A model generated the notes under the pieces. The model had not been told where the DNA came from, ran no database searches, and worked only from the letters and a program-made list of their open reading frames with translations. This document shows positions 39,256 through 51,794 of a stretch of 64,000 bases of DNA, in pieces. The stretch comes from Carcharhinus amblyrhynchos (lineage: Eukaryota): positions 123,070,001 through 123,134,000 of the forward strand of contig OZ336872.1 in NCBI GenBank assembly GCA_965287045.1, written 5' to 3'. The translations under genes were made by a program, and so were the position numbers. Position 1 is the first letter of the stretch; each line of letters opens with the position of its first letter.

Positions 39256-40149
39256 GACAACATGTCTACCCTCCAATAAGTCAGAAATAAATTAGGGGAA
39301 AAAATATATTGGACAAGATCAACTGCTGTTCACAAAAAACTGGACAGTTTACTCCAGTCAAATGACCAGTGGGTGAACAATCATAAATAAGGTGAACAAA
39401 CTGGTCAGACATGCTGACAAATCTTATTCGTATGCACCTGTCAGAACGAAATCAAGCAAGATTACAAATGCATGAGATCACAATGACTAAATTACATAAC
39501 AAAGCACTTTCTGAATGCTGCCATTTCATCCGTGGTAACATAACTAATGCTTTAGGGGCAATGTGCAAATCTCTGACTGAGCCAGGCACGATTCTTTTTT
39601 AAACATAGGTCAACAAGAATAAGTGTGTTAATATTTGAAAATAGCATATGTAGCTCATAATTTGTTAACAAATCAAAGCCAATTCTGGAGAAAAATTAAG
39701 CCAAATATACAATAAAGACAAAGTAACAATACAGACAAGACTAAACATTTTCATTAAAATTCTCAATATCTAATGGAACAAAGATGATTTGACAGCATTA
39801 GCAATGCCTACTTTGATAGAAAAAAAGGAAAAAGATATATTAAACTGCTAAAGAAACATTCAGTTGCAAATACACATTTAACTTGTGACAGTTTGGACCA
39901 ACTGGACAATGGCTTGACAACAAACAAACCACTTCAGCAGCAATAAATAATTCAGAGTTCCACGCACTCTTGTGATTTTTAATTTGTCTTTTGAACAACT
40001 TTTACAAAGGCCATGAAATGATTAAAGCACCTCTTTCAAAAGCTGAAATTGTTACATAACAGTTATTAAAAACTTAGTTTGAGCCAGATCCTTGGAATTG
40101 GGAGCAAGGGTTTGAAGGCAAGCCTCAGGATCAAGGAGATGGGAAGGGT

Positions 40150-40510
40150 TGAAGGATTGAGAGAGAAGAGAAAGATTTGAACATAAAACCTCTGGGTTAA
40201 GGTGGTGGGAAAGAGTTGAAGGTAAACCTCTGGATTGGTGGGGGGATGGGAGTTGAAGGTAAGCCTTTCAGTTGGAGGGGAGGAAGAGTTGAAGGTAAAC
40301 CTTTTGGTTGGGAGGGAGGAAGAGTTGAAAGTAAACCTTTTGGTGGTGGGAGTTGAAAGTAAACCTTGTAGTGGGAGCGGGGGGAGGAGAGAGTTGAAGG
40401 TAAACATTTCGGTTAGGGGTGGGGGGAAGAGTTGAAGGTAAAGTTGTCTAGATTGAAGAGGGGGAGGGTGGAAGATAAATCCTCTGGGTTGAGAAGAGGG
40501 AGAGTTTGTC
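40150..40510. repeat. Degenerate ~28-42-bp minisatellite in XRN1 intron 1
   Basis: Recurring core GAGTTGAAGGTAAACC plus a G-rich tail, about 8-9 units. Confidence 0.9.
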
Positions 40511-40614
40511 TGGATTGAGGAGGGAGTTTTGAACACAAGTCTCCGTATTGTGTGGGGTTGTTAAAGATGAGGAAGGATCTGGGATAGCCATTTCCACAAC
40601 TGCCACCTCCTTAC

Positions 40615-40689
40615 CTGATGCTCCTTCACCACTTGGCTCAGGCACGGATACCGTTCGCTTATCCAACGGTAAAACTTAGGGACACCCAT
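40615..40689 (-). CDS. XRN1: 5'-3' exoribonuclease 1, coding exon 1 (75 nt)
   Basis: GCAGCGATGG start context; MGVPKFYRWISERYPCLSQVVKEHQ is the XRN1 N-terminus; donor CAG|GTAAGG. Confidence 0.97.
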
Positions 40690-41270
40690 CGCTGCCGCTG
40701 AGTTCAAAAATCCGGATGGGGGCGGGGGGGAGGGGGAAAGAAAGGGAAGGGGATTCGGGTAGACGATGAAACGGCCGCTCTCTCTGTCTCTCACTCGGGG
40801 ACGGGGGGACGGTGAGGCCGCTGTGTCCGGGGACGGGGGGACGGTGAGGCCGCTGTGTCCGGGGACGGGGGGATGGTGAGGCCGCTGTGTCCGGGGACGG
40901 GGGGGAACGGTGAGGCCGCTGTGTCCGGGGATCTCTGTCACTCTCGGGCCTTACGGAAGCAGCGGCCTGTCCGGGTGACGCAACTCCAAACTGGCAGCTT
41001 GTCAATGGCCGGAGCCGCTCCCTCACTAAACACCGGGTTATCGCTTTCAACTTCAGGCAATGTCGTCCTCTTCTCCTTTTCTTAAAACCCCCCCCCGCTT
41101 TACACAAAATAATATATAGTTTACGGTTACTGAAGGGGACGGTGTCACTGCTATATCAGTCCGACCTGCTGTCCTCCTTCCCCCCACGGTGTCCCTCTGT
41201 TGTGAGTCCGTCCGTTGCTCAGGTTGGTGGAGACAGGCTTTTCGTTCCGCCCCCTCTCCCAGCCGCTTTC
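40620..41270 (-). promoter_or_regulatory. XRN1 CpG-island promoter / 5'UTR
   Basis: Strongly GC- and CpG-rich block in an AT-rich window; ETS-type ACGGAAG at 40953, CRE-like TGACGCAA at 40976-40983, GC box CCGCCC at 41247; directly upstream of the ATG. Confidence 0.75.
40796..40931. repeat. 32-bp GC-rich tandem repeat, about 4 copies
   Basis: CGGGGACGGGGGGACGGTGAGGCCGCTGTGTC at 40796, 40828, 40860 and 40892. Confidence 0.95.
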
Positions 41271-42489
41271 ACTCTTGCTGCCTCTAAAAATATTCAACTT
41301 ATGAAAACTATAAACACCTCACTCTTTCTGTGCTGCTAAATGTAATAAACTTATGCCAACTTTTAATTGTCAAAACTGCACCTCCTGTGAAACCTTCTCA
41401 AGTACCAGAGGTAAATGATTAATTCGTGCCTAAAACTTAAATATTAATAGTTTTGATTTATTATTATCACATGCATTGGTGGGCAATGAAAAGTATTGTT
41501 TCTTGCACAATACAGACAAAGCATACCGTTCATAGAGTATGTAGAGGAAGGAAAGGAGGGTGCAAAATGTAGTGTTAAGGTGTGGAAAAAGATCAACATT
41601 CATATTTTCATTTTACGCAAAAGATTAGTACTTACAAACTAACACATTTAATTGAAAATGTTTCTTCTAAGAACACGATTTTTAAAATTCTTTCATGCGA
41701 TATGGTATTACTGGCCTGGACAACATTTATTGCCCTTCCGAAGGTGGTGGGAAGCTGCTCTCTCAAACCACTGCAGTCCACTTAGCACGGTACATTCATA
41801 ACAATATAAAGGAAGGAGTTCCTGGATTTTGATCCTGCAACTGTAGCAAAGGAACAATTTTTTTTAGGATTCCAGAGACAAGGAATTAGAGCTACAGAAA
41901 TTGAGTTGTTTTCTTTGGGGCAGTAAAGGGTGAGAGGACATCTGATGGATGCATCTGATTGAAAGCATGAAGGGTTTAGATAGAGAAATAAAGAGAAACT
42001 CTTCCAAATAACTGAAGGTTCACTAATCAAGGGACACAAATTTAAAGTGATAGACTAAAGAACAGGTGACAGGAAGAAAGATATCTTATTTGCAATGAAT
42101 GGTTGAAATGCTCTGCCTGACAAGTTGGTAGAACCAGCTTTCATAGAAGTTTTTATCTAAGTATTTGCAAGGAGAAATAATTTACAGGGATATGGGGAAA
42201 AGGAAAGAGTGGGACTCACTGGATTGCTTTTTGAAAGAACTTGAGTCAAATGACCTGTGTTGTACTATTCTATCTACTTTTTAGATTGTGTGTGGAAGGA
42301 TGGTTCTTGACTCTACATTACAAATATTAAATTTCATAGGCACCCCACCATTCACTATTCGCTGAGACATAGGATATGAAATAATATATTTAGCTGTTCA
42401 AATGATTTCCAGATTTTTGGACAGGGCATGAAAATGAACAGGACGCAGTATGTTTTGATGAACTGATTGTTTAATTATTGCCATTTAAT

Positions 42490-42960
42490 CATCATTGTTA
42501 GCAGTCCCTTGAAATAGAAGATGTTCGTGTCTGTCTTCAGATAACTGAGGGGCCCAATTCTGGATCCACAAATTCTTCCGCTGCAGGGACATGTTTTCGC
42601 ATGGGGACTGAATTCACAGCCCCAGGTTGGCTTTCCTCTTTTTCCCCTGCTGTCACCATTTCACAGTCAATTCATTGCAGTGTTAATATAAGTCTTACTT
42701 GTGACTAATAAATAAACTTTACTCATTCTGCCTGGCTGTCTTGAAGCGGCTTGTGTCTTGGTTAACCAGATGGAGCCATGCTGAGCGGTCCTCAGCCTTC
42801 TCCCGATCAGTGGTGTTAATGCTTCTGTGCTTTAGGGCAGCCTTAGAGTGTTGGCCAATGGAAAGCTTAGAAAGCCTACCAAGGGAGCAGGCAGCCGGAC
42901 ACAACGGCCTGTCCATTGAAGTTGCTTCCACTTAAGCAGAGCTTCAATGTTGTCCTGCCA
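42490..42960 (-). mobile_element. Probable RTE-type LINE 3' remnant
   Basis: Frameshifted DRPLCPAACS...REKAEDRSAW peptide resembling an RTE C-terminus. Confidence 0.5.
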
Positions 42961-43171
42961 TTTGATATACATGTATAGTTTAACATAATGTATTCAATTG
43001 TATTAAAATTAGTCTTATGTGCAAAGAAATTGAAATTTCAGAACAAATAAAATTGTTGAACTTGCTTAGACTACATAATTTAAATTAATTACGTAGTATG
43101 ATAAGTGGGCCCAGAAACAGAAGAAGCATTGTGTCCCATGATTTCTTTCCCTGGCCCTAGGAAAGATTGAC

Positions 43172-44177
43172 TTTTGATGTGATTTATCACTGTCACATGT
43201 ATTAACATGTAGTGAAAAGTATTGTTTCTTGCACACTATACGCTGTATAGACACTTCGTTCATAGAAAAGGAAACGAGAGAGTGCAGAATATAGTGTTAC
43301 AGTCATAGCTAGGATTTAGAGAAAAATCAACTTGATGCGAGGGAAGTCCATTCAAAAGTCTGACAGCAGCAGGGAAGAAGCTGTTCTTGTGTCGGTTGGT
43401 ACGTAACTTAAGACTTTTGTTATCTTTTTCCCGAACGGAGGGGGTGGAAGAGAAAATGTCCAGGCGGAGGGTGTGATCCTTATGTTGGCTGCTTTGTCAA
43501 AGCAGCAGGAAGTGTAGACCAAGTCAGTGGATGGGAGGCTGTTATGCATGATGGATTGGGCTACATTCACGACCTTTTGTAGTTTCTTGCAGTTCTTGGG
43601 CAAAATCAGAGCTATACCAAGCTGTATACTGAGCTATACAGTAAGAAAGAATGCTTTCTATGTTGCATCTGTAAAAGTTGATGAGAGTTGTAGCTGACAT
43701 GCCAAATTTCCTTCGTCTTCTGAGAAAGTAGAGGCATAGGTGAGCTTTCTTAACTATAGTGTCAGCATGGGCGTACCAGGACAGGTTGCTGCTGATTTGG
43801 ACACCTAAAAACTTTCTATTTCATTCCATTGATGTCGACTGGGGCATATTCTCCTTTATGCTTCCTAAAGCCAATGACAATCTCCTTCATTTTGTTGACA
43901 TTGAGGGAGAGATTATTGTTGCTGTACCAGTTCACCAGATTCTCTATCTCATTCCTGTACTGTGATTGTCATTGTTTGAGATCCGACCCACTACGGTGGT
44001 GTCATCAGCAAAGTTGAAAATCAAATTTGGCCACACAATCATAGGTGTATAAGGAGTATAGGGGGGGGGTTGAGACACAGCCTTGTAGGGCACCAGTGTT
44101 GAGGATGATCGTGGAGGTGTTGTTGCCTATCCTTACTGATTGTGGTCTGAGAGTTAGGAAGTTCAGGATCCAGTTGA
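43172..44177 (-). mobile_element. Rex1/Babar-type LINE, ~1 kb 3' part
   Basis: Homologous to 2420-2915 in reverse; includes GA-QGC and FADDT RT motifs; short 3'-tail copies at about 14985-15065 and 41452-41600. Confidence 0.85.
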
Positions 44178-44444
44178 ATATTTAAGTTGGTGAAAGGTAT
44201 GGTTAAGTTTTTAAAAACTTATTCACCTCTTGTCTAACTTTTTTGGCCATGCTAAATTGCCCCTTAGTGTCCCAAGATGATTAGGTTAGGGGGATTAGCA
44301 GGTAAATACATGGTGTTGCAGAGATACGGCTTGTGTGAGCTGCTCTGTTGTAGAGTCAGTGAGACTGAATGAGCTGAACGGCCTCCTTCTGCTCTTTGAG
44401 ATTTTATGATTCTCCCTATCACCATGATTTTGAATAACTATCAC

Positions 44445-45130
44445 ATAAGACCATATATTTTTAGCTTTCTTGAAGGAAAACAGTCCTGATTTCTCCAATC
44501 TATCTTCATAACTGAAGTTCCTGAGCACAGGAACCACTTTCCTGAATCTTTTCTGCACCCCTCGCTAATGTCTTCATATCATTCCTAAAGGGCAGCACCA
44601 AGAACTGGATGCAATATTCCATCTGAGATCAAACCTAGTGCATTACACAATTTCAACATAACCTCCTTGTTCTTCAACTCAGTTAACCAATTGTAACTAA
44701 TAAAGCCAGGATACTGTCTACTTTATTAAAACCTCTCTTAGCCTATCCTGCTGTCTTCAGCCTGTTATCCACACATGCTCCCTGGTCCCTCTGCTCCTGA
44801 GCTCCCTTTAGAGTTGTACTCTTCATTTTATACTATCTCTCCACATTCTTTCTGCCAAAATGAATCACTTCCCATTTCTCCACATTAAACTGCATCTGCC
44901 ACATGTCTGCCCATTCTGCCTACGTGTCTATGTCCTTTAGAAGTTCCATACTATCTTCCTCACAGTTTGTAACGTTTCCAAGTTTTGTATCGTCTATAAA
45001 CTTTGAAACTGTGCTCTTTCCTCAAGATCTAGGCCATTATTGTATGTCAGGAAAGCCAAAGTTCCTACACTGACCCTGGGACAATTCCACTACAAAAATA
45101 CCTCTAGCCTGAAAAACATCCGTTAACCAC
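44445..45130 (-). mobile_element. Decayed CR1 LINE fragment
   Basis: QKRFRKVVPVLRNFSYEDRLEKSGLFS; decayed FADDTK-like sequence near 44990. Confidence 0.8.
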
Positions 45131-46079
45131 AAAGTTTTGAAAGACTAGACAAGGGCAATGTAGTAAATGTGGTATACAAAAACTTGCAGGAGGACTTTTG
45201 ATAAGCTGTCATAAAAGACACTCTTGCAAACGTCAAGGTGTACGCAGGTAGCAGAGTGGATTAAAAATTACCTGATGGAAAACAGGATAGAGGTTTCAGG
45301 AAATTTCTGGGACTGGCGGGAAGTGGGAAATTGTGTCACACTTGGATCTGTGCTGGAACCATTGTTTGCTGCACAAATGAATAATGTGGACTCAATACAT
45401 TAACTGTTGCAAATTTGAGAAAGGTGTTGTCTGCTGCAGTGAATGTCATCTTAAAAACAGGAGATGAGAGAATTTAAAATTTTGGCCGTCTGAAATAAAG
45501 GAAAAAGTGATTGAATTCCATGGCAATGGCTGAAGGACAATCTAAAAGTTAACATTTCAAGAAGTGATCTGTTGCCAGGTGCAGTTGCCAAGGACAGGAT
45601 ATTTAAAACCATGATTTATTTTAACAAAAAGTGACAGAGACCTCAAATTCATTGAAAACAATAGCTTCATATGTGTATATTTAAATGAAAAGGTTACAGA
45701 AAATGACTAATCAGAAAGCAACAAAACTAAAATGAGCAAGAACAAATTATTTTCTCCCCCTCAAATACTAAAGGCCAGTTGTAAAGTCTATCACAACTGC
45801 CTTTGCGATATCTATAAATACCAGAACTCAAAAGGAACGCACTGTGAAACACTGCCAGTATAAAAACAAATCCAAGTTATTGCTTCCTTTTTTGAATTCT
45901 TATGGAATTTTATGTAATTTGTGTACAATCTAATATTCGATGTACATATGTTTTAAACATAGCTTTGTAAATTTTTATCTAGTTGTATAATTTGGTGTGT
46001 AAAACTAAATTAGAGAATTCAGTATCCCATGAGATGAAGCTGGAGACAAGGTTAATTAACTGGAAAGATAACAGTTTAG

Positions 46080-46413
46080 CTTTTTTTATTCATGGGATAT
46101 GGCCATCTCTGGCTGGCCAGCATTTATTGCCCATACCTAGTTGCCCCTGGAGGGCAGTTGAAAGTCAACCGCATTGATGTGGCTCTGGAGCCACGTCGGC
46201 CAGACCAGGTAAGGACGGCAGATTTCCTTCCCTAAAGGACATTCTGACAATTGACAGTTCACGGTCTTCAGTAGATTCTTAATTCCAGATATTGTTTATA
46301 GAATTCACATTCCATCATCTGCTGTGACAGGATTTAAACCCAGATTCCCAGAACATTAGCTGAGTTTCTGGATTAATGATCTAGCGATAATACCATTAAG
46401 CCATTGCCTTCCC
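46080..46413 (-). mobile_element. Second tRNA-headed SINE family
   Basis: Reverse-complement homology to the 38128 copy. Confidence 0.8.
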
Positions 46414-47299
46414 TTCAGTAATTTGATCTGAACCCCTGGTAGTTTCAACCAAAAATCTCTCTAATTTGTGAACTCTTTCTTACTGCTCCCACTCCAAGGA
46501 TTTCCAGATTATGTTTTCAATATGAGGAAAGGTGTTTGCTTACAAATGTGACTCTCTATTCAATTGTGCAATGGGCAAATTATGTTGACTCCATAAATAA
46601 GTCTGCCACATCCATCCATTCTATAAACTTGCTTGCAGCAAAAATCAGAGTACTGTCAACCTCTTTAACATAGCCAGAAACTCAAGGATGTCTGCCTTCT
46701 TAAAAAAAGTTGCTCAAGCTTCATGCTTGAACAGGAGTCCTTAATATGGAAAGGGAATAACATCACTGAAAATCAAACTCCAGCTCATCAAACATTATCT
46801 CATCCAAAAGGCAAAATATTGCAGACACTGAAAATACTTAGATTGGGCAACATATGTGGATCAAGATAATGCAGCTTATTTTGCAGCCCGGGAAACCTGC
46901 CAATGAAGCTTACAAAACAAAGTCTGTTCTATCCTTTCGCAGGTGTTACTTCACCATGGGATACTGTTCCAACGATTCCATCAATTAACTCCATGCTATA
47001 ACAGCATTTTAAAAATCTGCACATATTAAGCATATAATAATTCTATTAGCTTAGCACCCATTCAAGGGCTGTTTTTCTCTGAATACAGGGGCCAAAACTA
47101 CGATCAGAGACTGTTTCAGTGTTTACAAGATGAAAATAGATGTTGCAATTTCAAGGCTCCTGACTAGCTGCTGACTAAGACAAGCTGACAAACAAATTAA
47201 CTCACTGCATCAATGCTTAACTGCGTCTCTGCACACTGTTTTAGTACCTTGGCCTTTCTATTCAATCTATTTGCATTGAGTTTTGTGTCATTTGGAGGA

Positions 47300-47752
47300 G
47301 CGTTCATCCTATCCATGCCTCTCATGATCTTGTACACTTCTATAAGATCACCCCTCAGACTCTTATGCTCCAAAGAAAAGTCTGAGCCTGTCCAATCTCT
47401 CCCTTTAACTCAGTCCCTTCAGTCCTGACAACAGCCTTGTAAATTTCTTCTTCACTCTCTCTAGTTTAATAACATTTCTTTAGCAAGGCGACCAAAACTG
47501 AATACAATACTCCAGGTGCGGCCTCACCAAAGCCCTGTACAACTGCAACATAACTTTCCAACTTCTATACTCAATGCCCTGACTGATGAAGGCCAGCGTG
47601 ACAAAAGCCTTCTTCACTGCCCTATCTACCTGTGACTCCACCTTTAGAGAACCATGCACCAGAACTCCAAAGTCCTTCTGTTCCATGATACTTCCTAAAG
47701 TTCTATCATTCAACGTGAAAGTCCTACCTGAATTTAACTTTCCAAAGTCATG
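47300..47752 (-). mobile_element. CR1 LINE fragment
   Basis: LQLYRALVRPHLEYCIQFWSP in the ORF track. Confidence 0.88.
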
Positions 47753-48369
47753 CTCCAAAGGCTAGTAACCAGATGGGTTGGGAATTTTCCACGGGTCTGA
47801 GAACAATCTGGAGTAAGACCTTGAAATTCTTAAGTTACAATTGCACCTCCTGATTTTTAAAAAATCTTGAATCCAAAAATACTACATTTCTTTGCGTGAA
47901 GGATGCTTGGGAAATGTGAAGCCTTATACCTCTAAATGTGCATTAATTCCTCTATAACACATAATACAAACTTGTTTTGCATTAAGTGGTTGTGCAGCCA
48001 GCCACTTACAAAACTGGTTGATTTTCAAGTAGTACTAGTTTTACGTTTATGTTTGTATTTTAAAGGATATCTTCATTCCTTTCCCCATTGCATAAGCATT
48101 CTTTTTAAAAAATGAGATGTATAACCAGGATATGTAAAGAACTAGATGATTTAGGGCGAACACATTCCCATTTTGAGAACGTTAGTAGCACATCTTCAGG
48201 TAGTTTGGCAACAATTCTTGCAAAATATGAGCTTCAAATCCTATTTATCAAGAGCATAGGTCATCCAAATACTAAATCTGAACAATTTGCTGTGGGATAA
48301 ATTACCCAAGATTTCACCACATTGTTTGCAACCCAGGCATTCTATTTGGCACAAAGCTGAGCTACCATT

Positions 48370-49285
48370 CACATATCCTTTCCATCACCAAGACAGTCTA
48401 TTCCCCCTTTCCCACTGCTTTTGAAACCCTCTCTTGTTCTTGTTACCTCTGCACTGAACTATTCCAATGCTCCACTGCTTGATCTCCAACCTCTGGAAAT
48501 TTCAGTTAACGCTGTTGCCTGTATTCTAACTCACACCAAGTCCCACTCACTCACTACCCCATTCTCACTGAGCCACATTCACTCTCAATCCAGCAACACC
48601 ACAAATTTGAAAATCTCACCAGTGTTCAAATTACTCGATAGCTTCGTCCCACTTCCTTCAGCCTGACAATTCTGAGAAAATTGCAATCCTCCAATTCTGA
48701 CTTCTAATGCATGTCTGATTTCCTTTACCACCATTGGCAGCTGTGCTTCACTTGTCTAGGTCAAATTGAGGTACACAAGATGACAAGAGATATTGATAAA
48801 GTAGATGTGGAGTGGATGCTTCCTCTTGTGGGGCATTCTGGGATGAAAGGTCATAGTCATAAGAGGTAGCAAATTTAAAATAGAGTTGATGAGAAACTAC
48901 CTCTCCCAAAGGGTTGTGAATCTGCAGAATTCACTTTCCCAAAGTGCGGTGGATGCTGGGACAATGAGTAAATTTGAGGAGGAGTTAGATAGATTTTTAA
49001 TTGGTAATGGGGAGAAGACAGGAAAAGGAGGAACACAATTAGCCATGATCAAACGGCAGAGCAGACTCAATGGGCTGAATGGCCTAATTCTGCTCCTACA
49101 TCTTATGAACTTATGAAGGTCCTAAGTTCTGTAATTTTCTTCCTAAACCTGTCTTCCTTTTAAGATGTTCTTTGAAACCTACCTCTTGACACTTCTCCAA
49201 ATATTGTCAGACTTTGTCTGCTATCGGTCCAGTGAAGCAGCTTGGGACATTCATTTTGAAGATGCTAGATAGATTTAAGTTGTTC
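48370..49285 (+). mobile_element. Decayed L2 LINE 3' end, interrupted by CR1
   Basis: LVTSALNYSNAPLL matches the L2 FVTSRLDYSNALL motif; L2 tail continues after 49121. Confidence 0.75.
48763..49116 (+). mobile_element. CR1 3' fragment nested in an L2, with AGGTC TSD
   Basis: RNYLSQRVVNLQNSL; tail TCTTATGAACTTATGA; flanked by AGGTC at 48758-48762 and 49117-49121. Confidence 0.85.
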
Positions 49286-49724
49286 ATTTATAAAATATAC
49301 TTCATTTGTGAAATGTACCCTTCTGTGCTAAATATCTAATATCTTAGCAGAGAGGGGATTCTTTTTCTATATTTCACCTGTACTTGGAATAACTGACCAA
49401 TCTCCAGTATGAGAATAAACAATATCTTTTTGGCTACAGGGTTTCTATAAAATGTATGCGCCCAACCATGATTGAGGAGCATTCTCTTATTTTTGTAAAC
49501 TTGCCATGTCAGTTCATCTAGAGAGAACAACAACATTCAGCTGTGGCTTAGTATAACAATCCAGTGCAGTGTGGTTCAGGGTGCTAAACAACACTCCTTT
49601 CTGGCAAACAATATTTTTGCACTCGTGACTGGTTAGTGGAAAAACTACAATTCTGCTGCTTACTGAATTTGATCAGACGATAAAACACTCATCTATAGAA
49701 ACACAATAAGTATCTATTCAATGC

Positions 49725-49730
49725 TTTATT
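49725..49730 (-). terminator. Probable ATR polyadenylation signal (AATAAA); 3'UTR about 1.3 kb
   Basis: Minus-strand AATAAA followed by a GT/T-rich tract (ttattgtgtttctatagatgagtgtttt); a proximal AATAAA lies at 50762-50767. Confidence 0.6.
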
Positions 49731-51026
49731 TCACGTGAGTGTAAATCAAGGTTGTGAACATGAAAAAATATAAAAAATCTGCTGCAAAGCACTAAATTTC
49801 AGATAGTACAGTTCTGTACAAAAATATTTTCAAAAACTATTTTCTGTTGTTATGTTTTTATAACCAACCTTGCATAACATAAAAGTAAACTTCAACAAAT
49901 GCTGATTTTTTTTAACATATGCTTATAAATTGCTGGAAGAAACAATGATATACACATTGATTAATACGAGTTTGGGTCATCCAACTTAGAAACAGTGGAA
50001 CCTGTACGCAATGGGGAACAATAAAAATCAAAATAACGACTAACTCAACACTCTTTGAATTCGGCATCAACCATCATCTGGAATCATTTCTCTACATATC
50101 TGACTTAAGATTGTATTTCACTTATTTTGTAGACGTGCAAAGGTCTTTGCTCTCTATCAAATGCAGAGGGGTTTGTACAGTTGAAAGGGGACCTCTCTGT
50201 GACTCAGAATCCACACAGTTTTGCCTGTTATAAACTGGATTCTATTCAATCTTAATGCAATAACGTAATCGTAGATTAACAGAACAAATCATATTGCTCC
50301 CAATGAATTGTCTGTGTCGCCAATGTGTGCGTTTCTTTCTCGAAAGCATCAATACAAGTCAATTTATAATACAAATTCATTAATATGATACATGCTGACA
50401 GCATGCAATGGTCTCTGGCCACAACGAGGTGATTGAAGTTCAGTCCTTTGAGTCCCTCTCCTTCTGTTCACATAACATTAAGACAAATGAATCGTTTATC
50501 AGTCTCTTTTTCAGGTTGTTTTTCTTTCAGCATTGACAATTTTAAAGTTACGTTTTACTATATCAACAGCTTTCTAATGCATACTCCTACTGTCAGGTTT
50601 CCATAAATCTGATTTCCTGCTCCAGTTAAATCTTACCTCCTCCTCCAAATTACCTTGAAAGCCTTTGATTCCAAGCGCAGTATTTTTGAAAAAAATAGTT
50701 ACTTTGCTCCCTAGAGTTGCACTGCACTCAATCAGAAGTCAGTAAAACTCTCTGCTTGCCCTTTATTGAGCCTTCTGGAGTGAAGGAAAATTCCAGATCC
50801 TTTTGATCTTTGTGATGCAGTCTCTTTGACAAGAATGTACAGTTCTGTTCCTGAAATAAGTTGTCAAAAAAAATCACGACGACAAGTGATGACTGGTTTC
50901 CTAAACATTAGCGACATGTGGCGAGTGATTTAGAGCATAAAGGATGACACAAATCACGCAGCTACCCCATAAATTATGTCTCTTGCTTCTTCCTCATAGC
51001 AGATTTCCAGCCTTTTGTGAATTCTT

Positions 51027-51200
51027 TCACATGTATGGAGCCCAGCCCAGGTACATTTGACATAGGAGGTTTATATTTGTTGCTTCTTGAATAAGGTAGT
51101 GAACATGACCTTCAATGGATAAAGGTAAACCCTTCACCTTATTTCTCGTCTTAATCACTCCATGTAGTCGCTTTTCGATATCCTGAACGTGGGTCTTGGC
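51027..51200 (-). CDS. ATR: ATR last coding exon (FATC domain, TGA stop)
   Basis: [57 protein letters not shown]. Confidence 0.97.
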   Translation of the reverse strand, partial: AKTHVQDIEKRLHGVIKTRNKVKGLPLSIEGHVHYLIQEATNINLLCQMYLGWAPYM

Positions 51201-51794
51201 CTAAAAAAAGTAAATACATCAAAACTTCAAAAGTTAAGGCACTGATGTTTTATTTTTAAATTCAACAGAGGTTTACCCACATTTTAAAATCAACAATCAC
51301 TCTTCTTCCAATGACAGGTTACACTAACTATAACTGATGCACATTAAGCTAAAGGATGATTACTTTCATTTGAAAAGGGAATATCTTCCACCGACTTGCT
51401 CCATTATGTCGTAAAAGGGAAACAGCTCCACTCAGGTCACCTCACGTTACCACAATTTACATTTTCAAGAGATACTTAGAGAAAAGGACTGCCCCCCATC
51501 TATTTCTCATCCACATGCCAAGCCTTGACTTCACAAATAAAGTGTCCATTTCCACATGTATGCTGACAACACACAGCTCACTTCAAGCATTCCAGTGTTG
51601 GTAAAGTGTCAAGACAGTCTGATGTCCAGGACTAGATGAACAGAAATTTTCTCTGATTAAATATTTGGAAGCCATTGCCTTCAATCCCACCACAAGTTCT
51701 GGTCCTTAGCCATTAACTCCATCTCTCTCTAACAAACATCTGAAACTGACGCAGACCATTTGCAGACTCTGATCAGATCACATCTTTCTTTAAA

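Noticed and set aside
40150-40931. CRISPR-like repeat/spacer look of the two arrays around XRN1 exon 1
   Set aside because: The 32-bp array has no spacers; the intron-1 spacers are related G-rich tracts of variable length; there are no cas genes and the context is a vertebrate gene
40066-41107. ORFs of 156, 143 and 126 aa near the XRN1 start, including an apparent N-terminal extension
   Set aside because: They are translations of the tandem repeats; the extension has no ATG, and the conserved protein starts at MGVPKF (40689)
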